Source: an uncultured virus (IMG/VR IMGVR_UViG_3300010233_000001)
Taxonomy: Duplodnaviria; Heunggongvirae; Uroviricota; Caudoviricetes
Strand: one strand, 5' to 3'
IMG/VR virus record: IMGVR_UViG_3300010233_000001
Length of the DNA: 57,581 nt
Below the pieces are notes generated by a model. The model was not told the DNA's origin and made no database searches. It saw only the letters and a program-made list of their open reading frames with translations. Below are positions 10,980 to 21,451 of this stretch, in pieces. Each line of letters begins with the position of its first letter. The stretch's first letter is position 1. Made by a program: the position numbers and the translations under genes.

Positions 10980-11414
10980 CTAAAGAAGACCCGCCCATTC
11001 AATAGCTTGCCTTCTATAATCCGTGATGTCACAGGCAGAGTCATAGGCAACAATTCGATTATTATAGAGCCCGCATTGTTGCCCATCTATATAACCTGTC
11101 CATTTAGGAAGATGAGAGCTTTCAACCTCATCTACGTATACCATCATGAGGCATCCGTTTGTAAGAAGGCGACATGGTGCATAAACATAGTTTCTGTAGT
11201 CTGGATTTTTACGAAAAGTAAAATACGCATACGCTTCCATTACACAATCTTCAAATCCGCAGATAGATCGAGGAACCTTAATGACGACTTTACCTCGCTG
11301 ATAAGCTCGACGAAATAATCCCTGTCCAATAAATTTGAATCCTTTTGATTCAATGTAGTCTTGAAAATCTTGACAAGAATTGTGATTATAAACAATCTTA
11401 TGAGTCAAAGACAT
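10980..11414 (-). CDS. Minimal kinase-like protein, paralog of 30034..30516
   Basis: FIGQGLFRRAY..VVIKVP..E; APCRLL; QCGLY..IVAYD. Confidence 0.6.
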   Translation of the reverse strand: MSLTHKIVYNHNSCQDFQDYIESKGFKFIGQGLFRRAYQRGKVVIKVPRSICGFEDCVMEAYAYFTFRKNPDYRNYVYAPCRLLTNGCLMMVYVDEVESSHLPKWTGYIDGQQCGLYNNRIVAYDSACDITDYRRQAIEWAGLL

Positions 11415-12511
11415 TAGCTACTTCTTCATACGTTTTGCTCGCCTATCAGCGATATTCTTCTTAGCCTTGCGGGGATGTGACCCAGCCTTCAAGGCCTTGA
11501 CCTTGACTCGCAGAGCCTTGACTTCCTTGACAATGGCCAGCGTCTGAGAAGGGGTTGGAGGCCCTTGATGATGAAAGTCTTCCGAGTTCTCACCGTAAGC
11601 ATCGATGTATGACTGGGCGTTAGATTGCAGCATATCGAGCTGCTTGATTGTGAGCTTCATTGGATTACCTGTTCTTCTTTAGTTTCTTGGCCCGACGTGC
11701 CGCAATCTTGCTCTTGTAAGCAGCCTGCTTCTCACTGTCGTTTTTGTGACGCTTCTTCTTGGCAGAGCCTCGAAGATTTTTTGCAGATTTCGGACGATTG
11801 CATGAGCCATGGATTCCACTAGCCATTTATTTTTATCCTCAGTATATGGTTATTTGATATAGGCGTTGACTCGTATAGTCTTGGCGGTTTTGTCCGTATA
11901 GGTGTGTGAGTCAGGGTCGTCTAGGACATTGATCCTGTGATTCAGGGCGTAGGCTCGAGCCACCACCAGTCCCTTAGCCACTTCTGAATCAGGTACTTCA
12001 ATGTCTGTTACCTCTTGTTTGATTCGCACGACTCGATAGGTAATACTCATTGCTTTTTGATCCAGTAGGTTTGAAAAGGATACTTTTCCCAAGCGTTGTC
12101 ATACTCAATTGACTTCATATAGACTGCCTCTCGATAGCCCATGTTGATAAGAAAGGTTCTTGCCTCTCCCATAGAATAGAAGGGGCCTTCATCATATACA
12201 GACGAGGTGGGTTCAAGATAGAATTTACCTTCAAACTCTTCAATGCTGGTATAGTCAGAAGGCAATTCTGTCACTCTGGGAAGAGTGTCAGTTCTGGCAA
12301 GGAAGTCTTCTTGGTCACATTCACTAAGTAACTTCTCACCTTGCATATAGATAGGGAGAAGAGGTAACGATACGATCGTTAGAGGTACCGACCAAAAAAG
12401 ATTTTTAGGGTCTCCATCTGCCGTAAAGACACTCATCAATCCGACCGCTCCCAGCATGGCAGGAGAGCCTAGAGTCATGAGTGCAGTTCCTAATTGTCTC
12501 TTGTTCATAGC

Positions 12512-12988
12512 TCAGCACCGGGTAAAAGAGGCAGACCATCCAGCCTTATCCAAGGCATGGAAGAGATTTCGAAAGTCATTCTTGAGAGAGTCGCGAATGT
12601 TCTTATTGCAAGCTTCTGCCATAGTAGTGGACTGATTGATTAGATCGGCTGCTTCATCCAGGTTCTTTCTGAACTGAGCACGGATTGTCTCAAACTCACT
12701 GTTGAGCCTAGACTCTTCATCTTCCAACCTATTCTTCTCTGTTAGATATTCTTCAGGAGTAATGAGATCCGCTTCTCTAAACCTAATGTAGGCACCCTGC
12801 CAATTTTTAGAACCCGGCTCCAACTCGCAGTCTCCCTTATAAATCTGACCCTCCCAGGCAGACCCATAGTGTTCAGCTATGTAGTTATCGTTCAGAATAC
12901 CAACTACCTTATAGATTTCGTATGATGTATGAGGGCGGACTTTATCCTTCTGCGCCACCAAGTCATCAACTTTGAATCTCATTTCCAC
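12512..12988 (-). CDS. GW..C-tail family protein (beta-barrel-like N-terminus plus coiled coil)
   Basis: Ends LDKAGWSASFTRC. Confidence 0.7.
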   Translation of the reverse strand: MEMRFKVDDLVAQKDKVRPHTSYEIYKVVGILNDNYIAEHYGSAWEGQIYKGDCELEPGSKNWQGAYIRFREADLITPEEYLTEKNRLEDEESRLNSEFETIRAQFRKNLDEAADLINQSTTMAEACNKNIRDSLKNDFRNLFHALDKAGWSASFTRC

Positions 12989-13326
12989 ACCCGTTTGGTT
13001 ACTTCCTTGACCACCTTGGCTTCCAGGAATGGATATTTCCCGGTATCAAAATCACCAATGAAGTTCATGACTGGTTGAGGAAGCTGAGGATCCATGATCT
13101 GGTAGTCATGGAGACTGGCATGATAATACCAATCACCCTTCTGAGTCTTAGAACCGCCCGCAATGGTTAACCCGGTCCAATAATCAGGGCACGCCTGGTA
13201 GATACCGTTGAGAATAGGACAGTGGCAATGTGATGCCACCTTTCCTTTGACTCCCTGTTTACGCAAGGATTCGGCTACCTCTTCTGAGGTCTCGCCCAAT
13301 GACTTGAGGTATTCGCTGATTGTCAT
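12979..13326 (-). CDS. Hypothetical protein, paralog of 52400..52741
   Basis: LKSLGETSEEVAESL..GVKG..CPI..FIGDFDTGKYPFL. Confidence 0.65.
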   Translation of the reverse strand: MTISEYLKSLGETSEEVAESLRKQGVKGKVASHCHCPILNGIYQACPDYWTGLTIAGGSKTQKGDWYYHASLHDYQIMDPQLPQPVMNFIGDFDTGKYPFLEAKVVKEVTKRVWK

Positions 13327-13803
13327 ATTAATAATTACCTACTCGGTTGACAACATCACTATGAAAATCGATAGCTCTCTGTTGAATCCGAACCTCTGCT
13401 TCAATACCAAGTTCCTTAGCCGCTTCCAAAGCTACACCATGAGCATCAAGTGCCTTCTGGTGCAGCTGAATCTCTCGTTCACTCAGTCCGATGCTGGGGG
13501 CCATTGGATAATAACCCCACCGAGTTTTGCTGGAAGCTTTATCAGCTGCCGTGATCAAACGATTGAGAGTCTTACTCATTAGATAATTCTTTCAACTATT
13601 TCGCAGCTATCGTTCCCAAGCTCATCACACTTGGTCTCTGCTGCTCCGCGCGTGTCCAATGCGATTGCATCTCGCTGGGTATTTGTAAAAACAAACTCGT
13701 CCTTATTTTTACCAGTCATACCACCGTACCAAAGACCGAACTGTTTAACATAGTAAAGCGTCATCTTAGTATTTTCTCTCAATAAAAACTTAAAATAGAT
13801 CCG

Positions 13804-13904
13804 CACCCAACCTACAAACTACCTTTCCCTAAAAGGGGGTCGAACCCACCGGGCCATCAATAGTCGGTAAGTTGGGCACTTTCGGGATTCCATGGAATCC
13901 CAAC
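13804..13904 (-). ncRNA. Putative structured intergenic RNA
   Basis: Minus-strand stems GCCCAACUUAC/GUAGGUUGGGU and GACUAUU/GGUAGUU enclose GGGUUCGACCC and CCCUUUUAGGG hairpins; upstream GGGAUUCC/GGAAUCCC hairpin. Confidence 0.4.
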
Positions 13905-13910
13905 ATTTAT

Positions 13911-14369
13911 TTAGCAGTAGGAGCTGGAGGTAGACCAACCGAGACTTTCGATAGCTCGTTCAAGCTCGCTCACGTCGATGTGCCCCAGTTTGGCGCGAAC
14001 TTCATCGGAGTCTTGGTTGTCGCTCAAGACGTCTTCCATATACTGGCTATCAACCAAAGTTGGAACGCCCATCTTGAGAGCCAGCTTATCAACTTCTTTG
14101 AGTGCTTGAACTGCTTCAGCAATCTTGGCGTTGAGAAGTTTGACTGTCTCGAAGAATTCTTTATTCAAAGAAGGAACCGAATCATCCTCTTCAAAAAGAA
14201 GAGCGCTTAGACTTTCCAGGGCAGACTCGTCTGCCATATCTTGAGGAGATAGTTTAGCAGCAGGGTCTCTAGCGAATTGAAGACCGGCGAGACGTTCGTA
14301 TTCAGCGACCGTCTCTTCACCATGCTCATCAACTAACTCTTTCCTATCCTCGGGCTTCATCGATTCCAT
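13911..14369 (-). CDS. GW..C-tail family protein
   Basis: Ends IESLGWSTSSSYC. Confidence 0.7.
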   Translation of the reverse strand: MESMKPEDRKELVDEHGEETVAEYERLAGLQFARDPAAKLSPQDMADESALESLSALLFEEDDSVPSLNKEFFETVKLLNAKIAEAVQALKEVDKLALKMGVPTLVDSQYMEDVLSDNQDSDEVRAKLGHIDVSELERAIESLGWSTSSSYC

Positions 14370-14609
14370 TGTTACTTTTCCTTATATCCTTTGACAATAA
14401 TATATCCTCGAATGAAACCTTGGATGTTCTCAGTCGGTGAAATATAATCGTTTATGTCCGAACCTTCTCGAGTAAAACCTTCAACCTGGAAGATATTATT
14501 ACCAGCCCATTCAGTAATGCGCGTGTTAAATCGATGTTTTGGATACTCTTTATTCAGCACGTCACATAACTCATCGGCTTGTTCTTTGGGCAAGCGTATG
14601 TATTCCATT

Positions 14610-15542
14610 TCAATACTTGCTTCCAGTAAAAGGTTTAACAAGTCCGCTTGCTACATCCTTTTGGAATTTCTCCCAGTACCCCGTCGGATACAATTTGAGA
14701 ACTTCCAGGGCATTCTCGTAGGCATACTCCCGGAACCAGCCCGAAGTAATGCTAGAACAAACCTTAGCAAGCGCAAACTTCCACGCATACTCAGGTGTCC
14801 AAACGCCTGGATGAGGGACCAGTGAACGTTCGATGGCCAGGACGGCAGCCTCTTCGACTACTCCTGCCAATTGAATTTCTTTAGCGACTGAGAAGAATTT
14901 AGCCTTGTCAGTCAAGACCTGCTCGCCATCCTTCATGTAATACAGATAGGCCGGCTTGTCGAACCGAGCCACTGATTGATGAATTGTATCATGATTATAA
15001 ACATACTCTATGGAATCGTCCTTGAAGAACTGATCCTTGGTGACGTTGAGCTTCGGATGTTTATACCAGTAGGTTTCCTTCTCTCGCAGTTTGAGGAAGG
15101 CCTCATACTCGGGCCGCACCTTGGCCCCCAGTCTCTTCATAATATGATAGTCAGCCAAGGTCTTCCAAAAGTGAGGAGAGTTCTTGAGATACCGATGAGA
15201 CTTCTTGATAGTAAATAGTAGGTCGAAGGTGGGAACCCAACCAAACGGCGTCTCAATACTCTCTGAATTATTATGGACCAACTGTTGAAGAGCCTCTGAA
15301 GAGGTGTCTGGTTCCACTAACTCAAACTCAATGGGAGTATTAGCCTCAACAATTAGTTTTCTATTCAACGACTCGCCAAAAGCTTCGTAGTAAGGTTCTT
15401 TGGTAATCTGAATCTTATTAGAATTCTTATTTAACCAATCGAAAGCTTCTTGTTTAGTGGCAAGAAAATCAAAATCTAGTGGCGCTCTAAACAAGGCATA
15501 AGGCGCTCGAATGGCCAGTGCACGGCTTCCGATTAAAATCAT
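14610..15542 (-). CDS. Pol-beta-superfamily nucleotidyltransferase-like phage protein (resembles DUF7275 family)
   Basis: MILIGSRAL..PLDFDFL (GS plus DxD); IEFE; IKKSHRY; YNHDTIH; EEAAVLAIER; ITSGWFR. Confidence 0.7.
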   Translation of the reverse strand: MILIGSRALAIRAPYALFRAPLDFDFLATKQEAFDWLNKNSNKIQITKEPYYEAFGESLNRKLIVEANTPIEFELVEPDTSSEALQQLVHNNSESIETPFGWVPTFDLLFTIKKSHRYLKNSPHFWKTLADYHIMKRLGAKVRPEYEAFLKLREKETYWYKHPKLNVTKDQFFKDDSIEYVYNHDTIHQSVARFDKPAYLYYMKDGEQVLTDKAKFFSVAKEIQLAGVVEEAAVLAIERSLVPHPGVWTPEYAWKFALAKVCSSITSGWFREYAYENALEVLKLYPTGYWEKFQKDVASGLVKPFTGSKY

Positions 15543-15572
15543 TGTTTTCCTTGTTGCTATGAAGTTAGACTC

Positions 15573-15650
15573 TTAACAATCTCTAGTTATGGAAGATGTA
15601 TTCCAACCAGCGTTATTTTCTTTCAGCAGTAGAGTGAGGAGGTGCTCCAA
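15573..15650 (-). CDS. Unannotated 25-aa ORF, or alternative C-terminus, carrying the GW..C tail
   Basis: From TTG at 15650: MEHLLTLLLKENNAGWNTSSITRDC*, in the -1 frame overlapping the end of 15623..16003. Confidence 0.45.
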   Translation of the reverse strand: MEHLLTLLLKENNAGWNTSSITRDC

Positions 15651-16003
15651 CCATTCTTTTCAACCACATTCTCAAATACTTTAGTACTCAGGAGAGGATT
15701 GTATTTCAGGCTATCCGTTTCGCCACCATTCATTTCGGCAGCTTCAACCCATAGCTTGAAGGCTTCGTCTAGTTTAGAGGCGGCCTCATTGATTTTGTTT
15801 TGAACTTCCTTGGCAGAATTAGCTTCCACCTCATCGATGCCAGGAACATCTGGGATTAGAAATTGAGTTTCTATCCAATCTTTTTTGCCATCATCCCACA
15901 ATACTTCTACTTCATATTGTGAGCCGACTTTTGTGATGGTTCCCTTAGTCTCTCGACTCTTGCGTTTTGCTACCCGGAAGTTTTCTTGCCAGTCGTGTTT
16001 CAT
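15623..16003 (-). CDS. GW..C-tail family protein
   Basis: SH3/KOW-like KGTITKVG..VEVLWDDG; ends VEKNGWSTSSLYC. Confidence 0.75.
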   Translation of the reverse strand: MKHDWQENFRVAKRKSRETKGTITKVGSQYEVEVLWDDGKKDWIETQFLIPDVPGIDEVEANSAKEVQNKINEAASKLDEAFKLWVEAAEMNGGETDSLKYNPLLSTKVFENVVEKNGWSTSSLYC

Positions 16004-16012
16004 TTGTACCTA

Positions 16013-16285
16013 TCAGAAGCAGTGGTAGCCCATGGACGGAGACCAACCGCAATCAGGTCCATGTCCTTGTGGGCATGTTCCAAACTGGCCCGCCTCTTCT
16101 GTAGGAGTAGCGCCATTGCCCAGAATACCGGCAGCCTTTACCTTCTGAAGTAACTCATAAGCTTCTCCCTCGGTCAAGTCACCAGCATTACGCTTATCGA
16201 TAATCTTATTGCTAAGATCATCCATCAGTTCTTCCCACTCTTCTTCCAGGTCGAACATCAGCAGTACCACGAACTGGTATTCCAA
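16013..16285 (-). CDS. Divergent GW..C-tail protein (true start probably 16258)
   Basis: Ends CPQGHGPDCGWSPSMGYHCF. Confidence 0.6.
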   Translation of the reverse strand: MEYQFVVLLMFDLEEEWEELMDDLSNKIIDKRNAGDLTEGEAYELLQKVKAAGILGNGATPTEEAGQFGTCPQGHGPDCGWSPSMGYHCF

Positions 16286-16683
16286 CCAGCCTTTTCCATG
16301 GCGGCCTCCACCTGAAGCGTCTCCTGATAGAAGTCTGATGTCAAGTTCTTATCAGACTTAGTGGCAATGGTTCCGGCTTCTTCAATAAGTTTGGCAGCAG
16401 CTTCTAGCTTCTCGGCAACCTGCTGGGCAACCAATTGAAACTCGTACTCCAACTTATCCTTGGTAGCTTGCAGCTCCACCTGAAGCTTGTTAGCTTCATC
16501 TCCAGTGATGAGAGAGCGAAGGGTTACTTTTTGAATGTAACCGCCTTCCCATTCCACTACAACCATTTCACCTGCGGTAGGATTAATGGTGACAGGACCA
16601 ACAATGATCCCCAGCTTGACGGGAAGTGTCTTGGCATCAAGACCAACCACCAAATCCATCGTGCAATTTTCTTTTTTTAGCAT
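16258..16683 (-). CDS. GW..C-tail family protein
   Basis: LGIIVG..VVVEWEGG, coiled coil, ends MEKAGWNTSSWYC. Confidence 0.75.
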   Translation of the reverse strand: MLKKENCTMDLVVGLDAKTLPVKLGIIVGPVTINPTAGEMVVVEWEGGYIQKVTLRSLITGDEANKLQVELQATKDKLEYEFQLVAQQVAEKLEAAAKLIEEAGTIATKSDKNLTSDFYQETLQVEAAMEKAGWNTSSWYC

Positions 16684-17164
16684 TGGATCTTTCTTATATC
16701 TATAGTTCGCTTTTTAGATATTTGAGAACTAATTTCATCTCTAAAACTACGAGTAGGCTCATGAGATATTCTTTTATTTATTCTAGTATGAAATTTTCTA
16801 TGTGATTTTCGCGGTAACTTATAGATAAAATAAGTTACTAATCCAATACTTATAATATTAAGAATTAGATTTATAACATCATACATTAGTTATTTATCTT
16901 GATCTCTATTACGAGCCCACTCAACTAGTTCTTTGTGGTCATCGCGAAATTTCTCAATTTCTAAATCACGTCTCTCCATAATATGTTTTGGAGTGGTATT
17001 CTTGTACACACGTAGAGCTTCCTTAGCACGGTCGTGTGTAATCTTAGCTTCAATCAATCTAGTCTCAGCATCAATGACAGCCCATTTAGTTTTGAGCAGA
17101 TTAGCTTTAGCCTCTTCTACTGCGCTAGCTGTTAAAGCTAGTGCGTCTGTCACTTCTTGTTCGG

Positions 17165-17521
17165 TCATTGTGACTTCTTGATTGCTCGGTTGAGTAGCGC
17201 AATAACTTGACTCTTAGTTCTTGACATAGCATCATTCCAATGCAAAATATTCTGACAAGGATCGCCGCAGAGATTACCCAACATAGACTCTGCATTTGCC
17301 TTAAGCTGCCTCTCTGCATTGACTGCTCTGATTGCTCCAGACACACAAAAATAATTGGGTCTTTTGGATAGGACAAGCTTGTTATCAGAAGAATTTAGAT
17401 AAAGGTAGTTATTACCAAAATCGTTTGGTCCCGCCTTGGCCCAGGCTGCCCGGCACCAATTGTTGTTCTCAAGAATCCATTTGGCTGCGATGAGGACTTC
17501 TTTAACTGTCTTGGCTTGCAT
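17165..17521 (-). CDS. DUF6197-like phage protein (paralogs at 54613 and 57337)
   Basis: AAKWILENNNWC..CVSGAI..WND..RTKSQVIALLNRAI. Confidence 0.65.
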   Translation of the reverse strand: MQAKTVKEVLIAAKWILENNNWCRAAWAKAGPNDFGNNYLYLNSSDNKLVLSKRPNYFCVSGAIRAVNAERQLKANAESMLGNLCGDPCQNILHWNDAMSRTKSQVIALLNRAIKKSQ

Positions 17522-17524
17522 AAT

Positions 17525-18121
17525 TTATTTATCCTTTTTAATATAAGTGGCCAGATTCTTCCACCATTCCACATCTTGAGATGGACAGCTTGAGTATCCC
17601 CAATAGGTATCATCGACAGGGATGGCAGGAACTTTACCATTGAGTTGGTCGGTTCGCATGCCATGTTCACCTGGCTCTTGCCACATGCCCTCATCATCTA
17701 CCCTGGCATCAGGGGCCAGGCAGGAGGCACATTCCAGCTCGATGTAATTAGCAAAGGTATGACTTTCACGCCAGAGCTTGACGTTCTTTTGCTTGCATTT
17801 ATCGCAAGCATACTTGACCGTGAAGGGAGAGCGCAGTGGTCGAAGATCCTTGATGATCTTCTTCCACATTTCCTTGTTACGTAGCTCCGGACGGCTATAC
17901 CGAGGCGGCTCATTCAAAGCTACTTCTATTTCAATAGCAGTAATGATATGCTGCTGATAGTATTTCTCAATCAGCGGCCACCACTTGCGGATATGTTCAT
18001 CCATCCATTCGGGGACAATGCTGCCACCGCGTCTCAGTTCGTTCCGAACAAACTCATCGACCAGAAGTCCGAAGTCATTCTGGGAAACGGCAATCTCACC
18101 TTTCTTGATATTCTTTTTCAT
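17525..18121 (-). CDS. Hypothetical Zn-finger protein
   Basis: CDKC..KLWR..CASC..WGYSSCP..VEWW. Confidence 0.6.
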   Translation of the reverse strand: MKKNIKKGEIAVSQNDFGLLVDEFVRNELRRGGSIVPEWMDEHIRKWWPLIEKYYQQHIITAIEIEVALNEPPRYSRPELRNKEMWKKIIKDLRPLRSPFTVKYACDKCKQKNVKLWRESHTFANYIELECASCLAPDARVDDEGMWQEPGEHGMRTDQLNGKVPAIPVDDTYWGYSSCPSQDVEWWKNLATYIKKDK

Positions 18122-19385
18122 GACTATTCAGAATAGCTTGAAGCTTGGAATGACTGAAATAATATCCTCAGCCAAGGCGTTGCCATTAGCTTTAGCATCT
18201 GTCAAAAGATCTAGTAGAAGTTGTACCTTGCCAGCACTTAATACCTCTAGATTATAGAGAGAATATGAGTCTTTAGTAAGACCTTGTGTTCTGACTAGAG
18301 ACAGCTTTGACCCTTTCGGAAGCTTCTTATTATGGCCGTTCATAGTTTAAACCTCTTGATAGTATCGAGTTCTTTTTAATGAAATTAAGACGAGCTTGGA
18401 TTTCCTGACGTTTAAGATTCTCCAGCGTCCAAAAGTATCAGGATCGTATGCTTTGAGTAGTCTTTCACGTGCGTACTTATTCTGATCGTTGTTCATGATT
18501 AGATCTTTCTCCAGCCAAACTGCACCCGAAGCTTACTATAACTAAGACAATTAGATATAAAGCCCAATCCGCAGCGGATCCTACTTGAATGTCAAGAGCA
18601 TGGTCAATGGGATTGTTAAGTACCAACCAAGCTATCATGAACATTAGATTGATGGTTGCCCATTTAAACATATTGTTATCCTGGAAATATATTGTTATCG
18701 TCTGTGTTTTTAGGGACATGATATGTCCGCCAAGGCTCCCAGATGAGAATGGTAACTACTACAAAACCTATCTTGTTCCATGGGTAGGCTATGTGCCAGT
18801 CGAACATACTCAGAACCCACTGAGTCAATGAGAGCAGAATGATGGCAGCAAAGAGAGACCAGAGTAACTCAGCCGTTCGATATCTAATCTCAGTCAGCAG
18901 ATTCATGGTTAGATTTCAGCTCAGTAATCTGTTTTTCCAGCTCGCGGATTCGCTTATTCTTTTTAGCGATAGCTTTGTTGAGCTGTCTAGATTCTTTTTG
19001 GTAATGATTGTGGACTCCCACCATGTATTCATGATTGAAGTAATTTGCATACCATTGCTTAGTCTTGTCAGCCAAAGGCGGATAGATAATAGTAGCAATC
19101 ATACGACGCATCCTAAGCATGAAACCCTCACCATAGGGATCTCTTGCCCTCAGGAATTTAGAGCGCAAATCCATGTTACTTAAGCATCCCCTCAATCTCT
19201 TTGGCAGTAGCGTTAGTCCAGATAGGCATGTAAGTTAGATTGGTGGGATGAAAAACCTTGACGTCTCCCTGAAGATAATCAAGGCACTCCTGTTCTGTAC
19301 GGAATACTTTCCATACATTGGTGAACATGCCGAGTTCAACAATCCGATACAGTTTAGTGAGTGCCATGATTATACTCATTCCTAT

Positions 19386-19697
19386 TTAGGGGTGTCGCTT
19401 CAGCCAGAGGGCACGCTCGTCATCGGACCAAGATGCCCAAAGGTTAGCGCCCTCTTGAGTACAAGAAATTTCTCGTACAATTTCTGTCCCACGGCCAGCC
19501 TCGACGTCTTCCCAGCGCAAAGTCTCTTCATTCTTGACCTTCTTGTAGTAGATCTTCTCCCGAGTCTTGACTACAATTTTATGCACCTTCTCACTAGCGT
19601 GAGTATCTTCACCCATCTTCTCATCGATATAGGTAAAAGATCCAATGCGTGGGTCGCCCTGATAACTCAACTTGTTTGTAATTTGACAGCGAAACAT
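19386..19697 (-). CDS. Hypothetical phage protein
   Basis: MFRCQIT..KIVVKTREKIY..GTEIVRE. Confidence 0.6.
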   Translation of the reverse strand: MFRCQITNKLSYQGDPRIGSFTYIDEKMGEDTHASEKVHKIVVKTREKIYYKKVKNEETLRWEDVEAGRGTEIVREISCTQEGANLWASWSDDERALWLKRHP

Positions 19698-20462
19698 ATA
19701 ATGTATACTATAACTTATTAGGCTATTAGTATCTCCGTAACTATTGTAATTATTTCCCTTACATTATTGTTTGGGAAATTTAATCTTATTAAGGCTCTCC
19801 AAGATGACGAGCATGAATGATTACATCGCCATCTTTATTATGATCAGTTAGATTTTTGATATGATCCCAGTCAACTTCGTATGAATGAAGTTGTTTATGT
19901 AGCTTACGAATATACCATCCAGAACTTATCACATAAGCAGCGAAGATTAAACTAATGACCAACATACTTATCTTTATAGTATAGAAGGAATGATGACCAA
20001 GTTATAATAAGCAAGATAGCACAAGCAGTAACAGCACACATAGCGCTCCACGGAATAGTATATCCTTGTTTATGAACAATATTCTGAAACGTATACATAC
20101 ATGACAAAGTAACAACTACTCTCCACGTTATACGTAATATCCAAGATATTATCCATTCAAACATAATGATTACTCCTCGTCGGGATTGCGCTTGCGCCGA
20201 GGTCGTTGCTGTACCTCAGGGCCATCATGACGCAGCTCTGTCTTAGCAGGGCGGTACTTGGAAAGAACATGTTCACTCATGACGAACGAATCTTGCTCTT
20301 TGGTGTCTTGAAATTCAACAACCCAAGTACCAGGTTGATTGCATACACCAGCATGGATAACTCCAACGTATGGCTTGCCTTCCTTACTAGTCAATTCACC
20401 TTTGAACTTAATGCCAGTGTAAAATACTTTATCACCCGGCAAAAACAATGGGTCTAGATTCA

Positions 20463-20813
20463 TCATTTATATCCACTACTTTCATATTGATGTTCGCATA
20501 CAGAGATAGCCTCAAACGTATTGGCTCTATGCATGCAATTTACTTGTTGCGTATTCATTTGCATACATTGCATAATAATGTTTGCAGCAGACCCAGTTTC
20601 TACGAGTCCAGTATTGATGTCAGCAATCATTGAATTGACTGTAGAATCTTCATAGTGATGACTATGAATCAAATCATTCCTAACTTGAATTCCTATCATC
20701 TTCCAATATATCCTAACACAATCGTCACTATTTGGATATTTAGCGTTTTGTTTAGGCGCAGACCCACATCCAAGAATAGCTATGCCTAACGAGAAGAGAA
20801 TGATAAGTTTCAT
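20463..20813 (-). CDS. Small Cys-containing lipoprotein
   Basis: Signal peptide with LGC lipobox; four further Cys. Confidence 0.6.
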   Translation of the reverse strand: MKLIILFSLGIAILGCGSAPKQNAKYPNSDDCVRIYWKMIGIQVRNDLIHSHHYEDSTVNSMIADINTGLVETGSAANIIMQCMQMNTQQVNCMHRANTFEAISVCEHQYESSGYK

Positions 20814-21000
20814 TTGTCTCCTTATTATTCGTCACTTGATGATCGACAAGTACAGTCTTCATCACAACAAGACGCAGGTTTATTATAACTGACGATAGCT
20901 TTGATAGTTCTCTCTGTAGCCCAGAGAGCAGAGAGAATTACCACTAAACTACCAATAGGAAATTCTCTAACCAATCCAAATAATTCAGACATGATTTTCT

Positions 21001-21429
21001 CTACTTAACTGTAGCCACTTCAGCGGGCTTGGCCTTGGTTTGCTTGCCAGCACCCGCCTTCTTTCTTGCAGATTTGCTGGCAACCTTCTCCTCATAGACG
21101 CGCTTCTTATTCTTATCGGAACGCTCTTCGTTCTTAGCCCCGGCCTTATTGGCAAACCATTCCTTGGCAATCTTATCACTCTCCTTAGCCTTGCTCTTAG
21201 CAAACTGCTTAAGAGACAGAGTTCCACGATTGCGAACCCAAGACTGGCGGTTCGGGTTAGTCTTATCTGCCGTCTCCTCCAGACTATGAGTTGCCTCATG
21301 CCACATCTGCTTGAGGGTCACAGCAGCGGAAGCTTCTCCCACCACACCACGATCACCCCGAACCACTTCCTGCACCACAGTCTCTTCAATCTTTTTCTCG
21401 TCAGCCATTTGTATATATCCTGTTCCCAT
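21001..21429 (-). CDS. Lys/Ala-rich basic protein, possibly nucleic-acid binding
   Basis: K/A-rich C-terminal half. Confidence 0.55.
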   Translation of the reverse strand: MGTGYIQMADEKKIEETVVQEVVRGDRGVVGEASAAVTLKQMWHEATHSLEETADKTNPNRQSWVRNRGTLSLKQFAKSKAKESDKIAKEWFANKAGAKNEERSDKNKKRVYEEKVASKSARKKAGAGKQTKAKPAEVATVK

Positions 21430-21451
21430 GCACTCAGCGTGCTACTTCCTA

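Noticed and set aside
13820..13900. Hammerhead ribozyme or tRNA
   Set aside because: There is no intact CUGANGA core and no cloverleaf; kept only as an unidentified structure
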